In this document: piece after piece, positions 12,896-22,774 of the stretch
Numbering within the stretch: the stretch's first letter is position 1
Layout: the number at the start of each line of letters is the position of its first letter
DNA from: Octopus bimaculoides
Taxonomy: Eukaryota
Direction: 5' to 3'
NCBI RefSeq assembly: GCF_001194135.2
Contig: NC_068999.1
Span: 10,260,323-10,323,227 of the forward strand
Length of the DNA: 62,905 bases
Notes under the pieces: generated by a model
What the model saw: the letters and a program-made list of their open reading frames with translations, nothing else
Told to the model about the DNA's origin: nothing
The model's database searches: none
Translations under genes and position numbers: made by a program

Positions 12896-13556
12896 TATGT
12901 TAAAACACAGGTTACAAACCCCATTAAGGGCTAGCAAAATCCTATGAAAGTACTGGCTATTTACCTATATAAAGAATTCGAACATTATAGTTAATATACA
13001 ACTGTAAGGTAACTATATGAGCCATGGTCTGTGTATATTTATTTATTACAATAAGATAAGAACATAGAGAGATTATTAATAAATTATTGTTTCTTAATTA
13101 AAAAATTGACACACATCTCTTTGAGCTGTTTTAATTCTAGTCTTTCAGAAAATTAATTAATAAAATTTAAAATTATTTGAAAGTCGAATCTCGTCAGAGG
13201 TAGTTTAAGATACACAAAATATGTGTTCAATTCCTGGATGTTGAGTATACGGCTGCAAATTCAACTTACAAATAATTTTAAATTTTATTAATTAATTTTC
13301 TGAAGGACTACAAATGAAACAACTGTAAGAGATGTTTGTCAATTTTTTAATTAATAAATAATAATCTATTATTATCTCTCTATATTCTTGTCGTATCATA
13401 TATATATATATATATANNNNNNNNNNNNNNNNNNNNNNNNNNNNNNNNNNNNNNNNNNNNNNNNNNNNNNNNNNNNNNNNNNNNNNNNNNNNNNNNNNNN
13501 NNNNNNNNNNNNNNNNNNNNNNNNNNNNNNNNNNNNNNNNNNNNNNNNNNNNNNNN

Positions 13557-13590
<34 letters not shown>

Positions 13591-13781
13591 TCCAGCATGG
13601 CCGCAGTCATATGACTGCAACTACCTTATGATTTTTGAGGGATGATCCCTGTATGTTCTCGTGTGTTCCCTTGAACCACCACTTTTAGTCAATAGCTGGA
13701 TTAGTTTGTTATGAACGTTTACATGGCAGGGTCAAAATTCCAAGAATCCTATAGGAACATACGTTTGTCAAACCTAAATCA

Positions 13782-13965
13782 CACCTGTGTTTAATCAGTA
13801 ACAAGGTATGTGTGTCCACCGTGTTTGTGTTCTGAAGAGGCGCATAAGAACACACGAACATGCCCCTGCAGATCCAGTCGAAGACCCATCACAAGGTTGC
13901 CACATTTGCAGAAAAGTATGAAATTTCTAACGATGAACTCATGAGCCATTTGCGCAAGCATGCTC
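13782..13965 (+). pseudogene. Two degenerate tandem C2H2 zinc-finger relics
   Basis: Translates with frameshifts to HLCLISNKVCVS...LKRRIRTH and CHICRKV-xxx-NDELMSHLRKH (C-x2-C-x12-H-x3-H spacing, one extra nt in finger 2). Confidence 0.4.
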
Positions 13966-14031
13966 GTGCAAAGTTTACAACCATAAATATTTAAAAGGAG
14001 ATGGCCATCTTTTGTCAAGAAGCAGCAATCA

Positions 14032-14064
<33 letters not shown>

Positions 14065-14653
14065 NNNNNNNNNNNNNNNNNNNNNNNNNNNNNNNNNNNN
14101 NNNNNNNNNNNNNNNNNNNNNNNNNNNNNNNNNNNNNNNNNNNNNNNNNNNNNNNNNNNNNNNNNNNNNNNNNNNNNNNNNNNNNNNNNNNNNNNNNNNN
14201 NNNNNNNNNNNNNNNNNNNNNNNNNNNNNNNNNNNNNNNNNNNNNNNNNNNNNNNNNNNNNNNNNNNNNNNNNNNNNNNNNNNNNNNNNNNNNNNNNNNN
14301 NNNNNNNNNNNNNNNNNNNNNNNNNNNNNNNNNNNNNNNNNNNNNNNNNNNNNNNNNNNNNNNNNNNNNNNNNNNNNNNNNNNNNNNNNNNNNNNNNNNN
14401 NNNNNNNNNNNNNNNNNNNNNNNNNNNNNNNNNNNNNNNNNNNNNNNNNNNNNNNNNNNNNNNNNNNNNNNNNNNNNNNNNNNNNNNNNNNNNNNNNNNN
14501 NNNNNNNNNNNNNNNNNNNNNNNNNNNNNNNNNNNNNNNNNNNNNNNNNNNNNNNNNNNNNNNNNNNNNNNNNNNNNNNNNNNNNNNNNNNNNNNNNNNN
14601 NNNNNNNNNNNNNNNNNNNNNNNNTATATATATATATATTTATATATATGTAT

Positions 14654-14830
14654 AAGACAAGTAGTGTAGAAAACAAACAGATGTATTAGTTTAACGCTCG
14701 GGAATTGAAAAAGTCTTTAACGTTTCGAGCCTACGCTCTTCCACAGAAAGGAACACCGAAAGAAACAATGAGAGAAACAAGCAGAAAAAAAAATTGTGTG
14801 TAGTGGTTAGCGATCTATTATGGCGAATAC
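14654..14830 (-). mobile_element. Penelope-like terminal-repeat fragment, family P2, carrying a hammerhead-like motif
   Basis: Reverse complement matches 18598-18745 (ATTCGCCAT.ATAGATCGCTAACCACTACACACA...CTGTGGAAGAGCGTAGGCT.GAAACGTTAAAGACTTTTTCAATT.CCGAGC). The PLE assignment is inferred from the minimal hammerhead; no RT or GIY-YIG coding sequence is seen. Confidence 0.6.
14715..14750 (-). ncRNA. Minimal type-I hammerhead-like motif with variant core CUGUGGA
   Basis: - strand: CUUU CUGUGGA A GAGC guag GCUC GAAA CGUU AAAG. Stem I CUUU/AAAG and stem II GAGC/GCUC pair perfectly. Confidence 0.6.
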
Positions 14831-14837
14831 ACACATA

Positions 14838-14848
14838 TCTACTACTAT

Positions 14849-14901
<53 letters not shown>
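14838..14901. repeat. (CTA)n microsatellite
   Basis: Directly visible. Confidence 0.95.
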
Positions 14902-15573
14902 ATCTTGCCATGTGTTTGTCGTTTTTTCATTTTCTATATATTTTGTAAAAGCTCCAGCTTGTAAGTTTGATGAAGATTTTTTCCCTTGGGTTTATCTTTT
15001 AAACACAATGCACTCCTAGCGGGAGGTTTTCCCTAATAATTGCAAGTATATTCCCAATTTTATATTTCCTAATTTTATATTTCACTCCCTACCCTCATCC
15101 ATAACATATATGTGAAGTGCTTCCCTTTATATGTTTTCCTTTTATTTTAAATCTTGGATCCCTACGTCCATTCATAATGGTCCAGTGGTATATTTCGTTG
15201 GTTTTGTATAAACAAATTAGACGACCCAGTTTCGTTTCCCAATGGGAGACGGTCCATTTACTTGCTCCCAACGACATGAATGTCGTCATGAATGGAGAAA
15301 CGCAAGATAGTAGCTGGCTTATCATGGAAATGAAGGTCGGGGGAGCAGGGAGAGGAGATAACATCCTTTCATACCCTTTGATGAAGGTCACTACACCTAT
15401 TAATTATTTAACCTCTTCTCTATAAGTAATAACAACAACAATAACGACAACGCCTGCTACATGTGAGTTCATTTCATAGTATTTAGAGTTATCCATACAC
15501 AAACATACCAAGAGTTACACGATACAAAATATTCACGCTCTTATATATATATATAGTGTGCATATAGATTGAT

Positions 15574-15714
15574 AAGACTCAGTCAGTTGCGACGACGAGG
15601 GCCCCAGCTGATACGATCAACGGAACAGCCTGCTCGTGAAATTAACGTGCAAGTGGCTGAGCACTCCACAGACACGTGTACCCTTAATGTAGTTCTCGGG
15701 GAGATTCAGCGTGG
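15574..15714 (-). mobile_element. SINE family B 3' part (duplicate of 15811-15951 across a gap)
   Basis: Sequence is identical to the start of the next copy; both give the same ORF in the track. Confidence 0.75.
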
Positions 15715-15810
15715 NNNNNNNNNNNNNNNNNNNNNNNNNNNNNNNNNNNNNNNTGTGTGTGTGTGTGTGTGTAGACATTATATATATATATAGTGTGCAT
15801 ATAGATTGAT

Positions 15811-16127
15811 AAGACTCAGTCAGTTGCGACGACGAGGGCCCCAGCTGATACGATCAACGGAACAGCCTGCTCGTGAAATTAACGTGCAAGTGGCTGAGCA
15901 CTCCACAGACACGTGTACCCTTAATGTAGTTCTCGGGGAGATTCAGCGTGGTACAGAGTGTGACAAGGCTGGTCCTTTGAAATACAGGTAAAGCTCATTT
16001 TTGCCAGCTGAGTGGACTGGAGCAACGTGAAATAAAGTATCTTGCTCAAGGACACAACGCGTCGCTGGGAATTGAACTCACGACTTTACGATCGTGAGCC
16101 GAATGCCCCTAATCAATAACCACTAAG
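15811..16127 (-). mobile_element. SINE family B, full length
   Basis: On - strand: head ...GGCATTCGGCTCACGATCGTAAAGTCGTGAGTTCAATTCCC, core GTGTCCTTGAGCAAGATACTT, TTGCTCCAGTCCACTCAGCTGGCAAAAATGAG, long 3' tail. Confidence 0.9.
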
Positions 16128-16146
16128 TGTGTATATATAGATGACG

Positions 16147-16237
16147 TGGCACTCCGTCGGATGCGACGACGAGGTTTCCAGTTGATCCGATTAGCGTGCA
16201 AGTGACTGAGCACTCCACAGACACGTGTACTCTTAAC
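16147..16237 (-). mobile_element. SINE family B 3' fragment with internal deletion
   Basis: TGGCACTCCGTCGGATGCGACGACGAGG...GAGCACTCCACAGACACGTGTAC. Confidence 0.8.
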
Positions 16238-16689
16238 TACTGGGCCATAGTGCCTCCACATATATAGATTTTATATATACATACATACAGATGTATTAGT
16301 ATATCGCAGAGTAAGAGGTTGAGGAAGAACAGCTCGACAGCTCGACGTTCAGAAAATAAGTAAATGAATGTGGGGAGTGAAAGAACAACTATGTTACTCT
16401 TTGATGGAACTGCAAATCCTACCCAGCAATTGAAGGATTCACCCATATTGTATATTCACCTACATATTTCTTTATCCATCTTCCCAAACAATATTTACTA
16501 AATCTCTGGTAATCTGTTTCTTCTTAAGTCACCTTTCTCGGCACAGTCACTGGTTTCCCTCCCACTGCGATAGAAGAAGTCCAGCTAACAAAAACTTATG
16601 GTAAAACTTTGCCATTCCTTCTATTGATTAATGAACATGCGCACGCATATTCGTCTGCGTGCATGTGTGTGAATATATGTAAGCATTTA

Positions 16690-16723
<34 letters not shown>

Positions 16724-17351
16724 TGTGTATATCTAAGCATTTATATGTGTGTGTTTGTGTGAGTGTGTGCAAGTGTATGTTTGTGTGTATATCTAAGCAT
16801 TTATATGTGTGTATGTGTGTGTGTGTGTGTGAGTGTGTGTGAGTGTATGTTTGTGTGTATACCTGAGGTTTCCGTACAGTTTCTGTCTATCAAATGCATT
16901 CACAAGTCTGTGAACACAAGTGGTAGCAAAACGAGCTTCTTAACCAGAAAGCCATGCTCGCGGCGTGCTTCTTCCACTTATTTTCTGCTCTAGAAACCGG
17001 TAACTGTAACTGCTAGTAGTCGCAGTCCACCCTCGCTTCCAGATGAATAGCATCGCTGAAATTTAACTTTCCTTGATATCAGCCGTTTTTTTTTTCTTCG
17101 CAACACACACGCACACACACAGCAATATATTATTGCTTGCTGAGAAAAAAGATAGCACAGCAAACGCTTGATTTATTGCAGTATAATAATTCATCTATAT
17201 TAGTAAGTTGTTGACTGTAACAGATGCGTATACTTTTCCCTCGGTTAGGAGATTTCCTGAAATATTTCCCATCCATATCGAAGAGACCTCACAAACAAGT
17301 GAAACGACTGTACACCCGTTGCAGTCAACAATTTGCTATTAATAATTGCTT

Positions 17352-17573
17352 CGCGTTGCATAGTGGTTAGGATGTTGGATTCACGATCGTAAGATTGTGG
17401 TTTCAAATCCTGGATTGGTTGATTTGGTGTGACCATGAGCATAACACTTCATTTCATGTTGCTTCAGTCCACTCTGTTGGAAAAAAAAAATGAGTAATCC
17501 AGTGATGGACAAGTGACCCTTCAATGGAGAGTATTTGTACGCCGGAGAATCCGGGGAAACCAGTCCTATGAAT
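17352..17573 (+). mobile_element. SINE with family-B head/core but a different 3' region
   Basis: TAGTGGTTAGG...TCACGATCGTAAG...TTCAAATCC, CATGAGCATAACACTTCATTTCATGTTGCTTCAGTCCACT...AAAATGAGTA, then sequence unrelated to the B tail. Confidence 0.6.
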
Positions 17574-17916
17574 CTATACCACTTTTGAAAGAGCTTTAGC
17601 CATTTTCAGATTTAGGTACTAGGCCATAGAGGAGGGCGGTAGATTCCAACGACCCCTTTTTCTTGATATAAAGGTTAATACATCAGACGTAGAACAAAGG
17701 TAACACAGGCGGGACTTAAAAGTTGAAGGTTGATGTCGGGTAAAAATAATGCAAACCAATGTATTGTTGACATTCTGATACATTATAACGATGAATTTAT
17801 TATTGAACTAGCACGCGCGCGCACACACACACTATTATATAAAGTAATCATTTATATTTTATCCTTTGTCTTTTCCTAATATTTGTTTTTGTTGTGTTCT
17901 TTCTGTACTACCCTTG

Positions 17917-17949
<33 letters not shown>

Positions 17950-17950
17950 A

Positions 17951-18113
17951 TGTAGCTCTATATTTATGAGATAAGGAATTATGTACATTATTTACATTGG
18001 ACGGATATTTGTCCTCATTTGTTTGTTGTTAATACAACGTTTCGGCTGATATACCCAGCCTTCATCAGGTGTCTTGGGGGAAATTTCGAACCTGGGTTCT
18101 CATTCCTAAGGTA
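17951..18113 (-). mobile_element. Penelope-like terminal-repeat fragment, family P1, carrying a hammerhead
   Basis: Contains the canonical minimal hammerhead at 18031-18075. Boundaries are approximate and the PLE identity is inferred. Confidence 0.55.
18031..18075 (-). ncRNA. Minimal type-I hammerhead ribozyme motif (canonical CUGAUGA/GAAA core)
   Basis: - strand: AAGACAC CUGAUGA A GGCUG gguauau CAGCC GAAA CGUU GUAUU. Stem II is 5 bp perfect; stem I GACAC/GUAUU has one mismatch; palindromic AACGUU as stem III. Confidence 0.7.
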
Positions 18114-18115
18114 CT

Positions 18116-18762
18116 CCCACTTCTCTTTACATGCTCCGACTCCTACTTCTCTTCACTCCTACTTCTCTTCTCCCTACTCTGTTCTCTCTTTCTCTTTCTC
18201 TCTTCTCTCATATGCACTTTCCCCTCCTCCTTCATCGTCAACCCTCCCTCATAAGCCCACCCCGCCCCTACCCACTCCTACCCCCAACCTCTGCCTACCC
18301 ACATGTCCCACCTCTAACCCCACCCTAACCCACACCCCATCCGTGCTTTCCCCACTCTCACCTCCCCCACCTCCACGCTACACCATACTACACACCACAT
18401 CACATCGCAACAAACCACCACGCACACACCAGTACTGACCAAATCCCATCCCCACATTTTCACACCTACACATACACACATGCACACGTCAAGATCACCA
18501 GCACTCTCTTACACACGTGCACCCTCGTTTTGGGATCACTACCACTTTGTTATCTCCCCATTCTTCTTAACTCTCCTGTGTGACCCTTCTGTCCGGCATT
18601 CGCCATGATAGATCGCTAACCACTACACACATTTTTCTTCTGTGGAAGAGCGTAGGCTTGAAACGTTAAAGACTTTTTCAATTTCCGAGCATTATACTAA
18701 TACATCTGTTTGTTTTCTACACCACCAGTCTTCGTCTGTTGTTTTTTGTGAATTCTACCTAT
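18116..18762 (+). mobile_element. Penelope-like family P2 fragment (C-rich region plus hammerhead-like motif at 18636-18672)
   Basis: 18598-18745 is homologous to 14654-14830. Including the C-rich upstream part is inference. Confidence 0.5.
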
Positions 18763-19534
18763 ATATATCTATTTTTTTTTGTATACATTCGCTGCTCTCT
18801 TCCAAGGAATCGAGTGCTCTTCGCTTAATTTGTTTTCTTNNNNNNNNNNNNNNNNNNNNNNNNNNNNNNNNNNNNNNNNNNNNNNNNNNNNNNNNNNNNN
18901 NNNNNNNNNNNNNNNNNNNNNNNNNNNNNNNNNNNNNNNNNNNNNNNNNNNNNNNNNNNNNNNNNNNNNNNNNNNNNNNNNNNNNNNNNNNNNNNNNNNN
19001 NNNNNNNNNNNNNNNNNNNNNNNNNNNNNNNNNNNNNNNNNNNNNNNNNNNNNNNNNNNNNNNNNNNNNNNNNNNNNNNNNTATATATATATACATACAT
19101 ACTTACGCATACATTTGTGCATATCTGGTACAGACTCACAGTTTGACAGATTGGACAAGTACCATATGCAACAGTCCGGCCCGGCGAATGACTTGTGATC
19201 AAATATCGTAGACTGAATATGTGAATGTAGGTCATTATTCAGTTTATTTCAAGACTTTCCGCCAATAGAGAAAGAACCGGTTTCTAACCTAGATCCAATG
19301 CTCCTTCATTGGAATTTTAAAATCAGCAACAGGATAATTCTGTATGTATGTATGTATGTATGTATGTATGTATGCCATGAAAGGGCTAAGGTGTAGGTGC
19401 AGGAGGTGGTCAAACTCTGTTTAAGGAGTAGACAACCACCATGTATGTATGTATGAATGAATGTGTAGAATTGCATGCTCTATGTATGTACTGTCATGCA
19501 TATAGCAACATATCTAGACGTGCTCATATTATAT

Positions 19535-19729
19535 TTAAATGATAAACTTCTGGAGAGATTTACAGATTTTTACAGTTCCATTGATGTATTGGATCTGTAG
19601 TTTTCGAATTAGCTTTCTCTTTTCTGGTTTTGAGAAGCCTAATTTCTCAAGATTGGTATTTAGGCAATGTGTTACATATCCCAGGGCGCCAATAATTACA
19701 GGTATAAACCTGACCTTGTAATCTGGTTG
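19535..19729 (-). mobile_element. 3' end of an R4/Dong- or NeSL-like non-LTR retrotransposon (restriction-like endonuclease C-terminus)
   Basis: Translation QPDYKVRFIPVIIGALGYVTHCLNTNLEKLGFSKPEKRKLIRKLQIQYINGTVKICKSLQKFII* carries the 'V.VIP.VIGALG' signature of the REL-domain C-terminus. Confidence 0.75.
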
Positions 19730-20007
19730 TATGTATGTGTGCTTGTGTGTATATATGTTTGTATGCATGTATATATATATATGTCCGAACCTATGTATGT
19801 ACCTATATATGTAGGTATGTATGTGCTTGTTTGCGAGGGTATGTGTTCTGGAGTTGAATTGTACGATAAACCCTTCAAGATGTCCCAGCATGGGTACTTG
19901 CGAGTATATAAAAGATACACGCACAAAATACCCACAAACACACACATCCCTTATGCTTTTCAATATATATAGTTGCACCTACGTATGCTTAAATATATAT
20001 ATATATC

Positions 20008-20082
<75 letters not shown>

Positions 20083-20587
20083 ATACAAACACACATATTA
20101 TCTTTATGACCTTTTATCTACATTCCCACCGTTGACAAACAACTTTCACAACCTACCGACCATACTACTCTGCCCTCACCAACCCCTCCACTCTCCGTCC
20201 AATCCTTTCCTTTCTCAACAACAAAAAAACAAGAAAAAAAAAACAATAACAACAACGCAAAAACAGGACTTCAAACCAACCCTTCAGCACTCCTTCGGCC
20301 CACAATTACTCTCCTTCGCTATTTCAGTCTTCCATCGAGTAGCAGCGGGATACAAACGAGAATGGATATACTACTAGAAGTAGTACTGTAGCATTAGTAC
20401 TATTACTAATGGTGTGTTTGGTATAATTTCAAGTACTTGTTTGTTTGTGACTGACTTCTGCACGTGTATGTGAGTGTGTGTATGTGTGTGTGCGCACGTT
20501 TGTAAGTTTAAATACGTATATATAAGTCTAGACATATGTATGAATGTATGTATGTGTGTGTGAGTGTGTGTGTGTGTATATATGAGC

Positions 20588-20619
<32 letters not shown>

Positions 20620-21243
20620 NNNNNNNNNNNNNNNNNNNNNNNNNNNNNNNNNNNNNNNNNNNNNNNNNNNNNNNNNNNNNNNNNNNNNNNNNNNNNNNNN
20701 NNNNNNNNNNNNNNNNNNNNNNNNNNNNNNNNNNNNNNNNNNNNNNNNNNNNNNNNNNNNNNNNNNNNNNNNNNNNNNNNNNNNNNNNNNNNNNNNNNNN
20801 NNNNNNNNNNNNNNNNNNNNNNNNNNNNNNNNNNNNNNNNNNNNNNNNNNNNNNNNNNNNNNNNNNNNNNNNNNNNNNNNNNNNNNNNNNNNNNNNNNNN
20901 NNNNNNNNNNNNNNNNNNNNNNNNNNNNNNNNNNNNNNNNNNNNNNNNNNNNNNNNNNNNNNNNNNNNNNNNNNNNNNNNNNNNNNNNNNNNNNNNNNNN
21001 NNNNNNNNNNNNNNNNNNNNNNNNNNNNNNNNNNNNNNNNNNNNNNNNNNNNNNNNNNNNNNNNNNNNNNNNNNNNNNNNNNNNNNNNNNNNNNNNNNNN
21101 NNNNNNNNNNNNNNNNNNNNNNNNNNNNNNNNNNNNNNNNNNNNNNNNNNNNNNNNNNNNNNNNNNNNNNNNNNNNNNNNNNNNNNNTATATATATATAT
21201 GTAAGTATATGTATATATGTATATATACAGAAATATATACATA

Positions 21244-21700
21244 CATCACTCATGTCGATACCCAGGTCCCTCACTGTATTAGGCTCTGGTATTGTAATTT
21301 CCTGTGCTCCAGTGCACCTTGTAAGTTTCATATTCAGATTTGGACGCCGGTACCGTAGGGTTTGGAATTTTTTAGCATTAAACTGCATATTATTATCCTC
21401 CGTTCATCTATAAATTGAGTCCAACTCCTGCTGCAGATGTGCAACATCGCTGTTGTTCTGCATTTTCTGCGAGACATCCGTATCGTCTATTGCCTGACAT
21501 CTGTCTTTCAGAAGATCATCTAACCACTCTCCAAGTTTTCCAGCTATGCCGAGGTCACACAGTTTGTGTCATATCATACCATGATCCAATTTATCAAAAT
21601 CTTTTGCAAGATCAAGTACAAGCGATTATCTTATGAATCTCATTAGCTTACAGCTGTTTCTCTTAAAAGTTGAGTACTTGAGCTCCGAGGAAGCTAGGAA
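21244..21700 (-). mobile_element. CR1/L2-group LINE reverse-transcriptase remnant
   Basis: Translation RSSSTQLL...LDLAKDFDKLDHGMI*HKLCDLGIAGKLGEWLDDLLKDRCQAI|DDTDVSQ...LQQELDSIYR*TEDNNMQFNAKKFQTLRY...VRDLGIDMSD. Confidence 0.85.
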
Positions 21701-22410
21701 GTGTTACAAATATGAGTCTACTGCATGAGACCACTGCTATCGTAGTTCAACCCATATATACCACTGGATGCGTTTTCGTAATACAAAACCTGCTCCTACT
21801 TGCTTGGACATGAACTCGCCGGGAAGTATCTGATTGAGCAGACGAGATGTTCAGTAGGTAGTCGACACCCGTAGCTAACAGTTGCATACTGTCCTTCTCT
21901 TCCAGATTGTTAAAGCTTACCATAACGTTTAATCTAAGCACAGTGATATTTTAAGACTTCACTTTTTTATGGTCTTATATGGGTTAATCGTTTATTCCTC
22001 CTCTCATATTCTTATATACATATATAAGGTAGTTTTAATGATGCAGATGTGTAGTATAGCTTAACGTGGTTTGTTGTGAAAGCCTGGAACAATGTGGAAA
22101 GGTGCAAAGTAAATTACAAAAGTAATAGTTAAAGAAAACAAAGCAAAGCTGCTTTTTTATTTTATATTTCTATATTTTTTTGCATTCTTCCAGACACTTC
22201 CAAAGAGCGGTAGCTTGGAAAAGTCGTTGCTCAAACATGTGGGAGAGATAGATAGATAAATAGATAGATAGATAAATAGATAGATAGATAGATATATAGA
22301 TATATATATAGATAGATAGATAGATACAGATAGAAAGATAGGTTTGTATATGTATGTTTGTATATGTATGTATGTATTCATAATATAAGGACTTATCACA
22401 CAATTTCCTC

Positions 22411-22774
22411 CTGTATGGTAAGAAACTTGCTTCCCAACCACATGGTTCTGGTTTCAGTCCCACTGCATGAAGCCTTGGTTTCTTCAACTATAACGTCGTG
22501 CCGACCAAAGCCGATTGGATTTGGTTGACAGAAACTGAGCGAAGCCTATATATGTGTATGTGTGTGTGTGTGTCTTTGTATGTCCCTCCATCACCGCTTG
22601 ACAACAGGTGTTGTGTTTATATCCCTGTAAAACTAGCAGTTCGTCAAAAAGAGAATGATAGAGTAAGTACCAAGCTTAAAAAAAAAAACACTATTCATTT
22701 GACTATAAGAATTCTTCAAGGCAGTGCTCCAGCATGGCCCCAGTCAAATGACTGAAACAAGTAAAAGAATAAAA
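22411..22774 (+). mobile_element. SINE family A, near full length, diverged
   Basis: Colinear with 24213-24599; ends CAGTCAAATGACTGAAACAAGTAAAAGAATAAAA. Confidence 0.85.

Noticed and set aside
15117-15425. 102-aa ORF in unique sequence (and the antisense 98-aa ORF)
   Set aside because: No domain similarity that I recognise; length is within chance expectation.
18761-19340. Possible GIY-YIG endonuclease scraps flanking the gap (RKQIKRRALDSLEES; LSLLAESLEIN)
   Set aside because: Too short and ambiguous to call without a profile search.
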